Shown in pieces: positions 61,345 through 64,000 of a stretch of 64,000 nucleotides of DNA (position 1 is its first letter; each line of letters opens with the position of its first letter). The stretch covers positions 61,380,001 through 61,444,000 of the forward strand of contig NC_042998.1 of the NCBI RefSeq assembly GCF_006345805.1, written 5' to 3'. The notes under the pieces were generated by a model, which saw nothing but the letters and a program-made list of their open reading frames with translations, searched no databases and was not told where the DNA came from. The DNA is from Octopus sinensis. Lineage: Eukaryota. The position numbers were made by a program, and so were the translations under genes.

Positions 61345-62539
61345 CTGTTGAAAAAGTTTGTAGTCTAAAGAATTAAAAAAAATATCAACAGTTAGGAATC
61401 AGACTCATCATGTATCGAAATAATATGAAATATTTAGTTTGTGATGAAGAGTAAATGTGAATGTGGTCGTGCGGAGATCAATACATAATAAATATAAGTT
61501 AAATTGAATGTGGAGTGATAAGGTATTAACTTTGAGTTTTAATTTAAATATGACGATATTTTTCAACATTAAACTAACAAATGAACGTAATTAAATGTTT
61601 AAATTAGTGTTGTTTACAAGACACAAAATAATGTTTAATTTTTTTTTAAAACTATTCATGGTGTGGAGAGAAACACTTCTTTGAATTAACCTCATTGTAT
61701 TACTGGTTCATGTTTATTGGGGGGGTGATTGAACTGTGAAACTGATCTCATCTGAGAGCACAGGGGGCCCAAAACCAAACCCTGTAACTTATATCATCTG
61801 ATGGGATACGACTGATGCCAAAACAGTATGTTTTCAGTAACAAAAATGATAATAATTACAATTCAGTTTTTGCTTTAACACAACGCCACAGATATTTGGG
61901 ATGCTAGTCATTATATTCACCATCATCGTTTAACGTCCACTTTCGATGCTAGCATGGGTTGGACGGTTTGATTGAGAACAGGCTCCGATCTGAGCTGGTA
62001 AAGTTTCTACAACTGGATGCCCTTCCTAACGCCAACCACTCTGAGAGTGCAGTATTTGCTTTTTATGATTCACTGGCACAGGGGCCAGTCAGGTAGTACT
62101 GACATCGGCAATGCTCAATGGTGCTTTTTACATGCCACGGGCATGGGATCCAGTCAGGTGGTACTGGCAATAACCATGCTCAAATGGTGCTTTTTACATG
62201 CCACTGGCATGGGAGCCAGTCAGACAGCACTGGCAACGACCACGCTCGAATGGTGCTTTTTACGTGCCACTGGCACTAGTATTTATTCTGTATGGGTAGT
62301 TTAGAGCAGTCTACTGAAGAACGACTTGCTCAGGGTCGCTTGCTGTGATGTAGTACTGTGTACTCTGGAGTGCAGAACTCTGAGTCAGAAATGATCAGAG
62401 AAGCTAAAAAGAGGACAACTGCACAGAAATCCCACTGGCTTCTGATTCTGCTGTTACAAACCCCCTTTGTAACCATTGATTTAATTGCTAAAATGGGCCT
62501 AAAGTCACCTCAGGACTCACAAAGTGCAAAGCTGATAAC

Positions 62540-62596
62540 CTGATGCTCTTCAGAGACATAAACAATGACCCTGATAATAATAATAATGTATTTCAT
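62540..62596 (-). CDS. Candidate signal-peptide exon of the adhesion GPCR
   Basis: MKYIIIIIRVIVYVSEEHQ then CAG|gttatc, phase 0 and so compatible with exon A; donor is weak and the Ile run is an (ATT)n microsatellite. Confidence 0.25.
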
Positions 62597-63374
62597 TATG
62601 AAATATGAAAGGTGAAGTGCACATCGGCAGGACTTCAATACAGAACTTAAAGGTATGTTGCTAAATATTGCAAATGATTTTGGCCATATCATTATCCTAC
62701 AAAATGAGGCTAGTAAACATAAAGTAACAACGAAAGGAAAGAAAATTTTTAACTACTTTCACATTGTGAATAATGCAATATATTTGTTGATCTGTTTTGG
62801 TCATTTAGGCAAGAGCCATAAACATTCATATATCTGCTATATTCTTGCTTCATATAATCAACAAAAGCTGGCAGATGGCATCCACAAGCCATGTTGTCAT
62901 TGTGTCTCAGGTCACTGTAATTATAGAGAGAAGATCAACAAAATTTGCATAAGATCAATTGAAAAATCTTTGATTTAATTTAACTCAAGAATCATGTGTA
63001 TGAATGTATATGAATGTATATATGTATGCATGAATGTATGTATATGTGTAGATTTATATGTTTTATTTAATGCATGTCTTCTCATAAATATAATTGCTTA
63101 TCTAGACATGCTCATATATATTTAAATGATAAACTTCTAGAAACTTTTACAGATATTTACAGTTCAAGTGATGGACTGGATCTGTAGTCTTCAAATTAGC
63201 TTTCTCCTTTCTGATTTTGATTTCTCAGAATTGGTTTTAGGCAGTGTGTTACATATCCCAGTGCCCCAATAATCACAGGTATTACCCTGAACTTGTAATC
63301 TGGATAGAGTAACTGCAGATTTCTCAATAGTTCAGCATATTTATATGTGTCATAATTCGGTTTATTTATTCATT

Positions 63375-64000
63375 CCGTAAGCTCGCAAGGAACGAAGCCA
63401 GTATGCTCTGATGGATGTGTAATGTCAGTGTGCATACTCGACAGAGTGTAAGTACCTTGAGAGAAAAGCTGGACCTAAGAACATCAGATGTAGTGTGCAA
63501 GAGAGACGACTGCACTGGTATGGTGATGTGGCAAGAATGGATGAGGATTGATGTGTGAAAAAGTGCCACACCCTAGCAGTTGAGGGAACCTGTGGAAGAG
63601 GTAGAACCAGGAAGACCTGGGATGAGGTGATGTAGCACGACTTTCAAAAATTAGGCCTCACCGAGGTAATGACTAGTGACCGAAACCTTTAGAAATATGC
63701 AGTGCGAGAAAAGATCTGGCAAGCCAACTTTCCTTCATTGGACACTAAACTCTGCCTGCGAAGACCTGTTGAGGCAAGTGAAATCAAATCAAATTCACAA
63801 ATTCGATGACTGGTACCCATGCCAGTGGAGCGCTAAGTGCACCATCCAAGCGTGATCGCTGCCAGAGCAGCTGATTGACTTCCGTGCCGGTGGCACATAA
63901 AAAACACCATTCGAGCGTGATCATTACCAGCGTCGCCATACTGGCACTTGTGCCGGTGGCACGTTAAAAAGTATTCAAACGAGGTCGTTGCCAGTGCCGC
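63375..64000 (+). mobile_element. RTE-clade LINE 3' fragment
   Basis: RKLARNEASML*WMCNVSVHTRQSV..RGRTRKTWDEV followed by the 60-bp repeat 3' UTR. Confidence 0.9.

Overview
Eukaryotic, AT-rich, repeat-saturated genomic DNA. The SINE, RTE and microsatellite repertoire points to an octopod cephalopod (inference from recalled repeat families). The window is almost entirely the introns of one minus-strand gene. By hand I traced 13 GT-AG exons (61344 down to 173; 1748 nt, about 582 codons) whose splice phases join into one open frame. It encodes an adhesion GPCR ectodomain with the order Ly6/uPAR (three-finger) domain - SEA-like domain - HRM - GAIN/GPS (CNHL|TSF) - TM1. The signal-peptide exon is uncertain and TM2-7 were not found in the window. 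The introns hold mariner, Tc1 and Chapaev3-type DNA transposons, Helitron-like elements, RTE, R4/Dong, CR1-group and Penelope retroelements, and two tRNA-derived SINE families. They also hold about a dozen hammerhead-ribozyme-like motifs. Several are arranged as inverted pairs in 270-440 bp palindromes inside (TA)n tracts, and one has a G3:C8 core swap. All calls are from manual reading; no alignments or folding were run.
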